Shown piece by piece: positions 11,716-25,200 of a DNA stretch of 64,000 bases. A program made the position numbers and the translations under genes. The notes under the pieces were generated by a model, which worked only from the letters and a program-made list of their open reading frames with translations, did not search any database and was not told where the DNA came from. The first letter of the stretch is position 1. Each line of letters begins with the position of its first letter. Origin of the DNA: Epiperipatus broadwayi (Eukaryota > Animalia > Onychophora); contig JAQFVV010000005.1 of NCBI GenBank assembly GCA_028023455.1, forward strand, positions 23,002,001-23,066,000, read 5' to 3'.

Positions 11716-14329
11716 GTATTATACTCGCTTGTATATATACAGTATATAACAATTCATTATTCTAGTGCCATCTATTGAGAGTTTGAATAATTAGTGATTA
11801 CCAAATGTCTATAAAATTTCTGTTTTTAGCATTTAAATCCTTATTTTTAGACTGATGTCTGGCTTTTTTGACTTTATCATTAAAACCTGGATTTGATAAC
11901 TGAAAAGCAAGATGAGGATTTAAAAGCTAAGGATAGAGATTTTATATATATGTAATAATCATTAACTATTCATACTTATGCTAGATGGCGCCAGAGTTGA
12001 GAGATGCTCATGAATTATGTTGTTTAAATTGGGAGTTTAAATATTTGTTATATAATATCTACAGTTTTAGAAATTAGACTCATTAGATTTAATAAATGAA
12101 TTAAAAAAGAAATCTATCAAATTAATATTTTAAATATAAGATGACTTGCATTTTTAATATATATATATTTCAAATGTTCATTAAAAAAATAATTTTCAGT
12201 CTAGCGAGTATAATGTTATAATTGTGCTTGAAATTCAGTGATTTCTTTCAAATTGCTGTAATTTTTAACTGTTTGAATATGTAATTATGGTTTTGTTTTT
12301 TTTTTAAAAAAAAAAAAATTTTAAACTGAAAATTTAAGTACTTGCCTCTATTTGTATCATATACTAGTGATTTTTCAAAAAAAAAAAGGAGGGGGGGAGT
12401 AGTGCTCCATTTAAGTTTTTACTTTATGCTATAGTCAAGTTTACTGTACTTTTTTTTTGCCTTTATATATTATACATTTCAAATATTTAATATTTTGCTT
12501 CATGCATACAAACACATAAATAGCAATGAGAGCGTAACTCATTTGGTAGTACAGATCCATCTCACTGTAGTAACATTAATTCCAGCAATATCAGTTTGAA
12601 ATGGTTTCAAGTGTTTGTCTCGAGGAAAGCATTTTAAAAATTGGAATATTACTAATAAATTATGCAAATTATATTTATTTAAAACTGTCCATATTTTTAA
12701 GCATATTTTTTTCCTGGTTTCAGTAGTATTATTATGACTGTTTATAATTCACATTTAAATATATGAGATGGCACTGTCAATCAGTATTCAAATTGCATAA
12801 CTTTTATTCTATTCCTGTTTCAGACAATATAGTCATCCTTCTTTTAGCCCACAAAAAAATCAGAGGTATGACTTGTAGTAATTTCCACTAAACAAAATCA
12901 TTGCAAGATAATTTTCACAGTAAATTGATTCTTAAGGAATTGTTTGCATGATATCCCTGCAGACTAGGAATATATTAAGTTAAAAAATTTTAATTTTTCA
13001 CAATCATTTGTAATACTGTGTAAATGTATTACAGTAAAATTCTAACTGATAATGACCAAAAATATAATAAAGTACTGAAACTTAAAATAAAACTTAATAA
13101 GCTTCTACAATTTTTTATAAAACACATGGTTTTAAAAATTATATCCAAGATATATGTCAAAATGCATCTAAATATATGTAACAAAGTTGATTAATCAAAT
13201 CGTACACTAGCATATAAAAGAATAAATTACTAGTCACTCTAACAAGGCAAAGAAAAAAAATAATAACCGTTTCGGCATTATATAATATTTTATCCCTGAA
13301 ACAAAGATTTTGTCTGTGACCTAGAATCTCCATTCAAGAGAGAGAAATTATGGATAATATGCCCAGCACTGAAATCAATAAGTTAATTACTGCATATAAA
13401 AGATTATTTACAATTATTAAAATTAGAAGTGTGTGAATCTAATCAAGAGAATAATAATAAAACTCATGTTTTTGTATGATATATAAATCATTTGTAATTT
13501 TTTGTAACTTCTTTTAGTAATTTTGAATATTGTTTTTTTTTTTTTCTTAAAGTGTATTTTTGTATTTCTAATGGAAAAGTAAAATCTCCTAGGATAATTT
13601 TTTTATGAGGAAATGAATCTTTCCATGTGACATATAAACTCGGAGGTTTTGTTTTTTAAAAAGAAATAGTGTTATTTAATAAATAATTTTAAAGTTATGT
13701 ATATTTCATATAATTATATATATATATTGTTTTATGTTTTTATTTAACATTCTGTTTTTTAATACTGCTGCCTAGATAAAATCTTACAACTCAATTTTCA
13801 TTCACTTTCTAAATTTCTGTCTAGCCGAAACTTTACATACATATGTATTCTCATAAACAATACATTTTATAGAATTTGTAAACAATTTTAGCAAAAAATT
13901 TACCACAAAATATACATTTTTTACTTTTTTATGGAATTTATAATGTATACAATTTTGTTCAAAATTTTCAAAAATATAATTTAATTAAATTGACCTCATT
14001 TTAATAATTCCATGTTATATGTATAAAACTAAAAAGTAGAAAATAATATTAAAAAAAAAAACACTTTCATTCATGTAAATTTCACTTTTCATAAATAAAA
14101 ATGTGGGAGCTCATGTTTAAAAATAGTCTGTTCCATTTTTTGTCAATTTTTATTGCTTCTTATTAAGCAAGAATTATAACTTAATATTTTTAATTTCATA
14201 TTCTTTTTATTTTGATTATATGTACATAAAATATATCTATCTAATAACTCCTTATGTAAATTATAATGTGATCTGATGCATTGTGACTTTTCCTTATATA
14301 GTCACAAATTTCTCAGCCACTATGCCCAG

Positions 14330-14600
14330 AGAAACCTGTTAGCCACTTTACCTTCCCTTTCCATTCCCTACCCTAAGTTTTTTTATATTCTTCTCTATCC
14401 TGCTCCATCCCATTCCATAACATATCTTTGTCAACTCCATAGCCTTTATATCTAAATCCCCCTTATCTTTTCCCAAACCCAGCGTAAACAATAACCCACT
14501 TTCAGTATTATCACTTTGTTTATATTTATTCTTCCACAATCATTATTTGTACTCTTTCTGCTTTCAGGCATTTACATTCAATTAACAGATGCCTAATATT
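14330..14600 (-). mobile_element. Decayed LINE-like fragment
   Basis: Purine-rich minus strand with short ORF 14348-14539, similar in composition to 16250-17420; no diagnostic motif. Confidence 0.3.
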
Positions 14601-14672
14601 TTCTATGCCTTCCTTACACAACTTGCAGACTAAATCACTCATTTTCCCATTTATGTATATATTTTTCAAGAA

Positions 14673-15176
14673 CAAGCTTTGCAGAATATCCCCAGACCGT
14701 TTTCTGCTACTGGTATCCTCTGTGAAGTGCTAGGATATTCAAGCATTAGATTAAAAATACCAGGACAAGCTCAGCACTTGTATAACTATTAAGTAGAAAA
14801 TTTGAAATTTTCAGACATCCATATGTCTTTTAATCCAGCTATCTAACTTAAATAGCCATATGGGACTGAACTAATTTCATTTATACCATATATTAATAGC
14901 TTTAGCAATATAAAATCACCAAAGCCTTAATAGCAAAAAATAAAATTACAAAAAAATCAAGTCAGGTGTCACATTTAAGTTAAATAGCTGGATTGGAAGA
15001 CATATGGATGTCTGAAAATTTCAGATTTTTTATTTAATAGTTGTATATTAGATAAAGTGCTGGGCTTGTTCTGGTATTTTTAATCTAATGCTTGAATATC
15101 CTAGCACCCCCTGAGGACATTTGTAATACAAGCTTATTAAATTAGGTCATGTGACATCTGACTTGATTTTTGTGTA
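14673..15176. mobile_element. Family B fold-back insertion
   Basis: Minus-strand monomer (about 14673-14972, hammerhead 14690-14727) joined to a plus-strand partial monomer with an internal deletion after CTGAGGA; TSD-like ATTYTTCAAGAA (14661-14672, 15177-15188). Confidence 0.7.
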
Positions 15177-15214
15177 ATTCTTCAAGAAGTATAATAACTA
15201 TTCTTTTTTATTGC

Positions 15215-16230
15215 ATTGCCAAATGTATACCATAGAATACTAAATCATCCACATACTTTACTACTATTATACAATGCTTTATTTACCACCCTCTTTTACA
15301 GTTTACAGTTTCGATTTTCCCAGCAATCTTTTTCAGAACTTTTATATCTCCTAACTTCAATGCTAAATTCAAATCAAGCATTGAAGTTAGCCCCATAACT
15401 GTATTCTCGGGCCAGAGCCGGGCACGGCTTTAAGTCACTCAAAAATCGGGAATTTTTATGTTTCCATAGTGAAATTATGCTTTACTTTAAAGCTTAAAAA
15501 AGTACTGTATGATGTTGCTCTCTCTAGAATTATTTTACAAGTAAAAAATCAATAATATTCAAATTTAAGTTTTAACAATGGGAGTTGGCAGTCTTTCCTA
15601 GATGCTGATTGGAGAGTGCTTGTCAATAATTTTCACCACTCCAACTTCTTTGTTTTGATTTTGAAAACAAAAATGAAAGTTTTAGATTATTTTTAAAGTA
15701 TTTTTTGACATATTATAAATTATTTAGATAAAATATGCTGAAAATAAAATTATTTTAGAAAAATAGTTAAGATTTAAAAAAAAATTGTTTACTTTTACAC
15801 AACGTAAAATTGAAAAAGAAATCAATGACATCTGCAGCATTTTCTAATTTGTTACAAACTTTTTTTTTTAGGTCTTCCACTATATTTTTATAATTATAAA
15901 TAGAAATTTATTTTTGAAAAAACTTTCATTCACTTTCATAATCTGACAAATTATTAATATACTTTTTACAAACGAATATAATATTAAAAGATGAATATAT
16001 TTTTACTGCTGATTCTGTAATTGGCCAATCAAAAGTTTAGAGTTTTAACTCACTCGTCCAATTGGAGTTTGTACACTGTAAAGGTTAGGAGATATAAAAG
16101 TTCTGAAGAAAATTGCTGGGGCAGTCAAAACTATAAACTGTAAAAGAGGGTGGTAAATAAAGCTTTGTGTAACAGTAGTAAAGTGCATGGATGATTTAGT
16201 ATTATATGGTGTGTGTATATTCCTTCATTG
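15215..16230. repeat. Inverted pair of about 170-bp LINE C-terminal fragments (15215-15390 and 16050-16230)
   Basis: The arms are reverse-complementary; the plus arm translates IKVLKKIAG...LVLYGVC, like the RTE-type LRKIAG...WYGHV motif. Confidence 0.55.
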
Positions 16231-16249
16231 CTAAAAATCCTGTTGAGCC

Positions 16250-17420
16250 TTAAACAGTAAACTACTTTCCTTGTTATTATGATAAATTAACTTACGCTCA
16301 ATATTCTGTTTACTTCTATATATTAGTTCTCCATCTCTTCAACTTCCTATTCTTTATTAATGCATATATTCTTCTATCCCATTCCTTACTACTATAACAC
16401 TCAACAATTCTCCTAACACAATTACCCCACCTTTTGTATAAGTATACTGATATAAAATTCTTTATCCAAATCTTCTGCAGACTGTACTACCTTTCTCAGC
16501 TATCCGTTGCTTGCCCTTTACTCATAATCCAGTTAAATACTATTTTGACTATTCTCTTATTATCCATAAATTGTAATCTACCAAACATTTTCATTTTGCT
16601 TTTTACATCTCTCATATAAAAACTCAACCATCCCATTTCTCTTTGAATTGCCTTCTTTTCCATCTACACATATGCATCTAATACATGTCTTCCTACTTTT
16701 CTTTGTACTTTTTCTAAATAATCTAATATCCCTTTATTAACACATAATGTATTGTTACCTTATGTCAACCCTGCTACTGCCAATCCCTTCCATATAATCC
16801 TAGCTACATCATATTTATTATATGAAAACACTGTTAATTTCTTTATCAATCCCTTTTTTTTTTGCTTCATTTATCAATTTTTTCTCCCATATATCCAAAC
16901 AATTTCTCTGGTTACTTAAGATGATGCCCAGTTATACCTATTCACCACACTTAATTTTATATCCCCAATACAAATTCTTTATCTTCTCTTTATCCAGTAT
17001 TAATCATCATTGTTTTTGATTTTTTCTCACTAATTTTAATCTCTATCTCTTTACCCACCCTTGCGCATGTCCTCAGCATAACTTCCATATAATCCGCAAT
17101 TAAAAGACCCAGTAATACCTCTACTCCTCTTCTTAGTCTTTCTATTGCTCTTTCCATTTCTCTCAAATACAACAAAAACAAAATAGGTGATATAGGGCAT
17201 CCTTGTCTTAGTCCCACCCCATTTTTACTTTAACTGATTCTGTATTCCCTAATTGATACGTATAGTAATTATTTTCATATAATCTCTTAATAATATCCAC
17301 TAAAGCTCCATCCATTCCCAAATTTATTAATCTTACCCACAATCTATTTCTATTTACTCTATCATGCACCTTCTCTATATCTATAAAAATGACATATAAT
17401 TGTCTATTCATATGCATAGG
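16250..17420 (-). mobile_element. LINE reverse transcriptase fragment
   Basis: ORFs 17208-17417 (YVIFIDIEKVHDRVNR) and 16990-17217 (GLRQGCPISPILFLLY...LLIAD) correspond to RT motifs. Confidence 0.85.
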
Positions 17421-17804
17421 TTGTGTAACTATAAATTAAACTATCTCCTATATGCCTATCCCATCAAAAACCTTTCATTTCTCCCACATTATTTTTTTCC
17501 ATCCATTTTGCCACCCTTCCAGCTACCATATATGCGAAAACTTTGTATAACACTGAACATTTCTAAACATGAGCGCCCTCCCCCCCCCCCGCTTTCTTTT
17601 GTGAAAGCTGAAGAAATTTACTTTTTTAATTTTTAAAGCATTTATGTGAAAAAAAAAAAGCATTTCCTCAAAAATATATATATATATTCTAATTAATATC
17701 TAAAGTTAGGTAAGAATTATATTTCATCAAAAAAAAAGTGAATTCAGAAATTATTTATTAATTTAACTCATACTGCTGTCAATATAATTTTTAAAATTGA
17801 ACAT

Positions 17805-17835
17805 ATGTCCATCTCCTTTTCTTTCTAGGTATGAA
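17805..17835 (+). other. Candidate recursive splice site
   Basis: Pyrimidine tract CCATCTCCTTTTCTTTCTAG immediately followed by GTATGA (junction 17828/17829). Confidence 0.3.
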
Positions 17836-19389
17836 TATTTTGCAAAAACCAAAGTAGTAAGAAATTTAGTTTGCCTAATATAAGTTTTATGCCCCTCCCT
17901 TTTGGTTTTATTATCACTTGTAGTTTAAACAGAAGTACATTTTGTTCATCTTTTGCAAATTATTGCTACTTTTTCTATCCTTTTAGACAAATATAATATT
18001 GTAATAAATAGACAAATATAATATTGTAATTAATGCTTGCAATAATAAAAATCTAATACATTTATTAGAAAAATAGATCTTTCTTTTACTAAAGAAATAA
18101 GCAATTAACTCTTACTAATGATACAAACAAAAGTAAATTTACTTCTTTTTTATTTGCATCAAATAGATAGTTCTTTTACTAAAAGAAATAAAGAATCAAC
18201 TTTTTCTAATAGAGAATGGTATGAACTAAAAGTAATGTTACCTCTTAGGAATGGTATTAGATACCGGTTATAGTGTTAATGTTACAAAGTCAGTTGTAGC
18301 CATTGTGGGTTAAGAGTACTAGAAAAAATGCTATTAAAAACTTTTTTCCTTCCTGCATTTCAATTTAGTTGATAAATCTCTAAAAGGTTGATTGTGATTT
18401 TCAAAGTTTTTGTTTTAAATGATCTACACAATGTTTCACCAGCATTTTTCTTTACTCTACTCCAGTACTATCTACAGTAATCAATGGACACTAAATGATG
18501 TTATTATGTCCATATTCCCAGAATGGTTTATGGTTGTCAGTGAGAAGTCAAAGCTGACAAGCAAACTAACCAATCCAAGAATAAGGATATAATATCATGA
18601 CTATGTACTGATTATTTAAGCTTTCAATAGTTGGCTTTATACTAGGATGAAGAAAATATAAAAAAGAATGAATTAGGAAAAGATTGTATCCTTTTTTATG
18701 TAGATTTTTATAACAAAATTGAGGGATATGAAAATAGGATGGAACTCTTGAAAGAGCTTTTATTAAAATGAGATAGGAGGGGGGGTGTACCAGGACTAGA
18801 GAAATAATTGGGTAATAAGAGGTACGAAGTAAATGCTTATTGGAGTTAGTAAGAAATGGAATAATGTGTATTTTGATAAACTAGATTTTAGGGCATATAG
18901 CCTTTGCATGGAAACTTCTGCTTTCATTTCATCTCCTTTCTTGAAAGCTTATGCTAAGAGTAAACTGAGAATGTCATGTGATATTTTATTGGTATTAAAT
19001 AACAGAAATAAAATCTGGGAATAGAATAATAGGGATCATTTTTAAAATTTTAAAAAAATTATCAAACTTTTATAACTTCTAGTAATTTTAAATAAAGTGT
19101 TTCCAATCACTCTGTTCTAAATTTATTTTTTAAATTTGAAATATTTCATATTGATAACTTATTTTCAGTGCATTAGCATATTTTTCATACTAATGTCATA
19201 ATCTGTAATTCTTTTGATTTCTGTTATTATCTCATTCTTATGCAACCTTCTCCAGCATTCATCTTTAAAAGGAGTGCTTTTTTAAAAATAGAATCCAACT
19301 TGTTCATTCATACATTAACTGAAGAAAAATCATTTTATCTATTATTTTGATCTTTATCTTCTATTAATATATTATGCAATACATGAAGA

Positions 19390-19720
19390 ACTGTGTACCA
19401 TAATGATTAATTCTTCCACCTGCCATGTCCACAGCATGGGTTCAAATTCAGATGGAAATTGAATTTTTTTTTAAGAAAGCTAAATATTTTATTTTAGATA
19501 GTCAATTCATAGTCAGCCCAATTACCATCCAATTAATCAGTAAATGGGAAGCTATCATCCATGGACAGTAAAATGAAGAAGGTGGGGATGTAAAATTTTG
19601 AAAATCAGAAATTGACAAACCTAGTGAATAATGTTGTCTTTTGCATTGTTCCTGTGTAGTGGGATATCTGTGTACTTTATCTGAAGAGAGATGGATTTAT
19701 CTTTATAACATGAAATGAAT
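19390..19720 (+). mobile_element. Old tRNA-head SINE
   Basis: B-box-like GGGTTCAAATTC at about 19438-19449, followed by a GC-richer SINE-like body. Confidence 0.35.
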
Positions 19721-20326
19721 GTTGCAATTGTCTCTACAGTTTTTGAACTGTAATAACTTCGAGTGTACTTTTGATAGCTATATAATTTGTTTTCACTTTA
19801 AATTAAATACAAGCAAAAGCATAATTTGCTTCATGTTACGTCATTCAAAACGATTTTACAACTCATTGAAACATTTTCTGCTTAATCATTTGCTCATTAA
19901 TGAATTAATAAATTTATCATACAATACTTCATAATGTAATGTTAAGAGCATTCATCTACCATGTTTATGAGGCAGGCTCCAGTGAATTGAATGATAAAAT
20001 ATCAGGATTGCACTACTATAAAGATTTATTAGATGTTTTTATATGTTTTTTGAGTCCCTTTATATCATAGTTTCTTGTAATAAAAAAATAAATAAATTAT
20101 TTTACTGCAAGGCCTTTTCACCTGACCCTCATAGAGGAATTTTGAAGATTTTCTATCCTTGTTTTATCTTCTAGCTAAGGATTACTATGATATTTGTTTA
20201 CCTACCAATGTTGGATAATTAGTTTTATTGTTGTGATATTTGTAAATCGTTAGAAATACTACTTTTTAGGAAGATTCTATAAAGTAATGTCAGGTTAACA
20301 TTTCAATTGTAATAGAAAAGTAACGT

Positions 20327-20522
20327 GATTAATGTCTTTCCTTTTATGATATGATGGAAAAATTTTACATAGGAATGAGAGGAGATATCTTTAACCTCTG
20401 GTATTTTACGAAATTGCTTTATTCGATTAATGTCTTTCCTTTTATGATATGATGGAAAAATTTTACATAGGAATGAGAGGAGATATCTTTAACCTCTGGT
20501 ATTTTACGAAATTGCTTTATTC
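20327..20522. repeat. Perfect 98-bp tandem duplication
   Basis: 20327-20424 is identical to 20425-20522. Confidence 0.95.
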
Positions 20523-20789
20523 CTGCTGATGATAATAAAAACAGTATCCTAATCAGTGAAGAAATTAAATCTCTACAGGAAAATGAAGTTTAGAAAAAAT
20601 GGAAACAAAGACAAAAGTCAACAATCCATGATTCCTTGGAGTAAATGTTCAAGAGTCAGACATTATGAAGAACTCATCCATTCCTTAATCAAGAGTCATT
20701 TGCAACATTACGAAACTGAGTTTAATCCAGTTTCTCAGATCTGTAAGTTCTCTTTTTCAAACAACTTCAGCAAACATACATCTCATATG

Positions 20790-21125
20790 TGAAATCTTTT
20801 TAAATCTTTTACAATATTCATATCCAATATAAGCTTTTATCTGACCAACTTTTGTCATCTCTTCTAGCAACATGTCTGGTAAATTTATTTCAGCCTTTTA
20901 ATTATTTCAGCAATATCGATAATGCTTGTTTGTTCTTTCATCTATCTCTTGTCATTTCTAGCATCCTTCACTTTATTGCTTGCTCTTCTATTAAGCATTT
21001 AAGATCCACAGTAAGCATTGGAAAGTACATTTATTAAAAAGCTTTCTTTACAAACACATTGACTTATCTTTATTATTATTTTTTTATATTAAAAACACGT
21101 CATTCATATTTAATTCTGTGATTAA
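20790..21125 (-). mobile_element. Decayed RTE 3' fragment
   Basis: Colinear with 11238-11715 (e.g. AAAGTACATTTATTAAAAAGC, TTAATTCTGTGATTAACTTCATCC). Confidence 0.55.
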
Positions 21126-22059
21126 CTTCATCCTTTATATATTAATAATTAGTCTAAATTCAAACACTGGACATAACAGTTGAACCACAATCCATGGATC
21201 TTGAGCTTCCGAATCTGAAATTTTAACACTGCACTAAACTATGTGGGCCATTACACTATTTATGCTTTCCAAGCACTGTTGTTGCATATTGATAAATATT
21301 CTTCAGAATATGATAATCATAGATCTATGTTTTGATGTTTCCGAGCTTTAATCGTTGTAGAAATGCTTTTAATATATATAGATACCATAGATATATTCCA
21401 TTATCATTTTGCCATTACTAAATTTAAAAAAAAAAAGCTATTGATTTAATATGGTAAAATGAAATCTTGACATTTCTATTAAAGCTATATATAAAAAGGA
21501 TCGATATTTATATAAAAGAATCCATTTTTAATTATAAATGTGGGAATTGTACCATGAAATAAAATTGTTTGTGTTTAGTAGGTCTTCTGTATACAATTTT
21601 ACAAAAAACAACATAAAATAGATTGATCATTTTTGTCATTAGTTTTGTTGTAACTAAAAGTTTTTAAAAATCCCTGTTTTTTTTTTAGTAGAATTATGGT
21701 GTGTGTGTGTGGGGGGGGGGGTACTGTAGGTGATTTTTTTTATGATTTTTGACCATTTAGTGGCAAATACAGGAGGGGGGGGGATATAAACTTAATTTAT
21801 ATGTCTGTTTAATATAAAAATTCAAGTTCACTATCAATTAATATCATATGACTTCTTTCTTAACTTACCGTCTTTAAATTATTCATTAATGACATTTATC
21901 TTTATTTAGAGTAATAAAGTAAGTCTAATATGTATTCCAGTGTCCCTCAACTTTTTTTAATTTATGATATACATGTGGATTACATTTCAAGTTCATGGCT
22001 TAATATTTTGGCAGCATAGTAGTAAATGCAGACAACTATTATATCAAAAAATTCTATTT

Positions 22060-22575
22060 GTAAAGGGTATTATAATATATAGGATATATGAGCACAGACT
22101 TTCACACAAGCCATCATTCTCCACTCTATCTCATAACACTGATACACTTGAACACATATATGTTGAAAAGATAAATAATCACCAATAAACGTATTTTATG
22201 CTTAACCAGCAATCATCAGTTGGTCCAGATTATCATCTCTACACATATATGCAATAAGTGCTTAGATATATATTAAGATAGCCAATCTTCATACTTTAAT
22301 TGATAGGCTTCAATCCATTCCACACTCCAACTCTTCAACCATCCACCCAATTGAAAATCTGATGATGGAATGCTTAAAGGCCACTCTGAGATTGAGATTC
22401 TCGTCACAACCATGTTGACCTAAAGTCAATCTGACCCCTCATATACAGGACATAATCCATTTAATACATATACGAGGGATGGGCAGACATCTCTACTATG
22501 TAATAACTGAAATATAGGCTTATTATATACTACCTATATCAATATATGTAATATAAAGGGTATTATAGTATAGTT
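22060..22575 (-). mobile_element. Family D hammerhead-bearing element (about 493-nt monomer plus partial repeat)
   Basis: TAAAGGGTATTATA at 22061 and 22554 (period 493); hammerhead at about 22181-22223 with GAAA changed to AAAA. Confidence 0.75.
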
Positions 22576-22999
22576 ATTATCTTTGAGGGGAGAGGGCAAT
22601 TAAAATTTGATAGTTATTTTAGATAGAAATGAAAATATATTTAGTTAAATTCCAAATGAAAAATTGCAATTTTTTTAAAACTAAGCTTAAAACAAAAATT
22701 AGAAGACATATATAAATAATAGCTATCAATTGACATTAGGGCAATAATGTAACCATAGATTCCCCTCAAATCAATTTCTGGCTAATTGGATGTTTTCTAA
22801 GTGTTTGCCTTGCTTAACTAAATGAAAATCAATTATTTTGAAACAAACTATAACTGAAAACACAGGCTTATTATATACCTGTGTCTATATATGTAATATA
22901 GGGTATATGAGCACAGACTTTCACATGACCAACCACTCTCCACTCTATCTAATAACACTGATACACTCAAGCACATATATGCTGAAAAGATAAATAATC

Positions 23000-23043
23000 A
23001 CCAATATACGTATTTCATGCTAAACCAGCAATCATCAGTTGGT
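23000..23043 (-). ncRNA. Minimal type I hammerhead ribozyme with unmutated core (family D)
   Basis: ACCAA-CUGAUGA-U-UGCU-GGUUU-AGCA-U-GAA-AUACGUAU-A-UUGGU. Stem I is 5 bp, stem II is 4 bp with a U.U closing pair, stem III is self-complementary, and the triplet is AUA. Confidence 0.8.
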
Positions 23044-23433
23044 CCAGATTATCATCTCCCACACATATATACTATAAGTGCTCAGATATATATTAAGATA
23101 GACAATCTTCATACTTTAATGGACAGGCTCCAATCTACTACACACTCCAACTCTTCAACCGTCCATCCAATTGAAAATCCTTGCATATGTATTTAATGGA
23201 TTATGTCCTGTACACGTGGGGTTCAGATTGATTTTAGATCAACATGGGTGTGACAAGAATCTCGGCCTCAGGGTGGCCTTCGAGCATTCCATCATCAGAT
23301 TTTCAATTGGATGGACGGTTGAAGAGTTGGAGTGTGTAGTAGATTGGAGCCTGTCCATTAAAGTATGAAGATTGTCTATCTTAAAATATATCTGGGCACT
23401 TATAGTATATATGTGTGGGAGATAATAATCTGG

Positions 23434-23477
23434 ACCAACTGATGATTGCTGGTTTAGCATGAAATACATATATTGGT
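23434..23477 (+). ncRNA. Type I hammerhead ribozyme (family D, plus strand)
   Basis: Same as 23000-23043 but stem III reads ATACATAT (CG to CA), which breaks the palindrome. Confidence 0.7.
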
Positions 23478-25112
23478 GATTATTTATCTTTTCAGCATAT
23501 ATGTGCTTGAGTGTATCAGTGTTATTAGATAGAGTGGAGAGTGGTGGGTCGTGTGAAAGTCTGTGCTCATATACCCTATATAACAAACTATAGTAATGTA
23601 TAGACATTTTTTGTTGTGACACTGTAAAAGACAATAGATGTTACTATTATATGCTATTATAATGTCAGATGTAACGTTTCTTAACCATTAAATATAGGCA
23701 TTAATTAAAATTTCTGGAACTAGACAGGTAAAGCAAACTTCATGATTGTTTTTCTTGCGAAGGAGATCACTGATTATTTACTAAAAAAAAAAAAAGATTA
23801 ATGAAGTATTTCTATGTATTTGGGTTTTAGAATGGAGAATTTCTGCTGTTTAATGGGATATAAACAGGTGGATTCAAATGATTTAATAAGTATTAATTAA
23901 AGAGTTTTCTAAGGAAATCACATTGATGGCAGGCAGTAATAACACCTGTGTGGTAGTGCAATGATAAAGATGGTGGAGTTTAAGTCTATAGATCGTGACT
24001 TATCTTCACCACTTCTTTTGCTCAAACTTCATCTGAAATCATAAGAAACAAAATCACTTGATTATTTTTGGTGTGCATGTTTTGGAGAAATGGAAGAATA
24101 GACTCTAGAGCTTCAAATCCACATATTGCATCTTAATTCTATTTTTTGGGTGTTTGAATTTTATGTGAACTTCTGAGCATCAAACCATTTGATTATTTAT
24201 TTTGGAAGCTGTCAGTATTGTTGATACGTGGTTATAGAAACTTATTGCCTACCTCCTGTCATCAGTAAGAGAACGTTACTTGCATACTAAAGATTATAAA
24301 CAAAAATGTATGCAAACCAAGCCTGTTTGTAATTATAGTTTATTATAATGCAATCATATTGTTTTCTGCTCCTGATTTAATTTGTACAAATAAATTTGTT
24401 GTCTTGTTTAAACTTTTTTAATTTAGTGTGACTTTATTAATTAGTTTTTAATTGTCCTTTTTTAATTGTTTAAATGGCTGTCTATATTAGCAAAAAGTAA
24501 TTCTTTGTCAATATATTTTGGTTGTCTTAATTATTAAATAAAATAATATTAAAAATGATTTTTTTTAAAATAATGCTTTTAAGTAAATAGCTGACTAACA
24601 AATAGAAAAATAACAAAGTAATCCAATTAAAAAACATGTTTTGTCATTTTATAAGAACATTCCGGCCATAAAAATCTAAAAGATTTCAAATTCTTTTATG
24701 AAATGATACATTTTTAGTCAGATTGTTATTTTTTTACTTCTTAGTCAGCTGTTTGCATAAAAGCATTTTACTTTTCAATTATAAATAAAACATATACTTT
24801 CAATTTAAATAAAATAATTTTCTTCATGGAGTCTCTTTTAATTGTCATTTTTATTGTGTTTCTTGTACTCTCTACAAGAGAGCAACAGCTGCCAATGATT
24901 TTGACATTTCTATTTCTTCGTTTTGATTTTGGAAATGGAAAAAACATAATTCTCTAATTTTTTTTTACATAATTTATTTTTTTCACAAAATATTTATAAC
25001 ATATTATTTCAGAAGAATAATTTAGATTTTAATAGAAAATATTTATTTTTAATTAATTACATACAAATTAAATCAATATTACCAAAATTATACTTTACAA
25101 ATGTCATATTTC

Positions 25113-25200
25113 CTTTGGCTCAGTAGTTAAGGATTTTTCCTTGGCAGTGTAAGTATATGAGTTCGAGTTCTAAACAAGAACAGCCTTTTTTCATCATTAA
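25113..25200 (+). mobile_element. Decayed tRNA-derived SINE head
   Basis: A-box TGGCTCAGTAG and B-box GAGTTCGAGTT at tRNA-like spacing. Confidence 0.45.

Larger units (their letters stand above)
22853..23581. mobile_element. Family D fold-back insertion
   Basis: Minus-sense arm (22853-about 23180) and plus-sense arm (about 23185-23581); 11-bp TSD AACAAACTATA (22842-22852, 23582-23592). Confidence 0.8.

Noticed and set aside
23239-23634. 131-aa ORF, the longest unexplained ORF in the track apart from the integrase
   Set aside because: It is antisense to the hammerhead strand of family D, is broken in the other copies and has no recognisable motif.
24259-24265. CTGATGA on the minus strand (also 33259, 27209/26980, 22358/23292)
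   Set aside because: No correctly placed GAAA with closing stems; the 27 kb hits are GIY-YIG codons.
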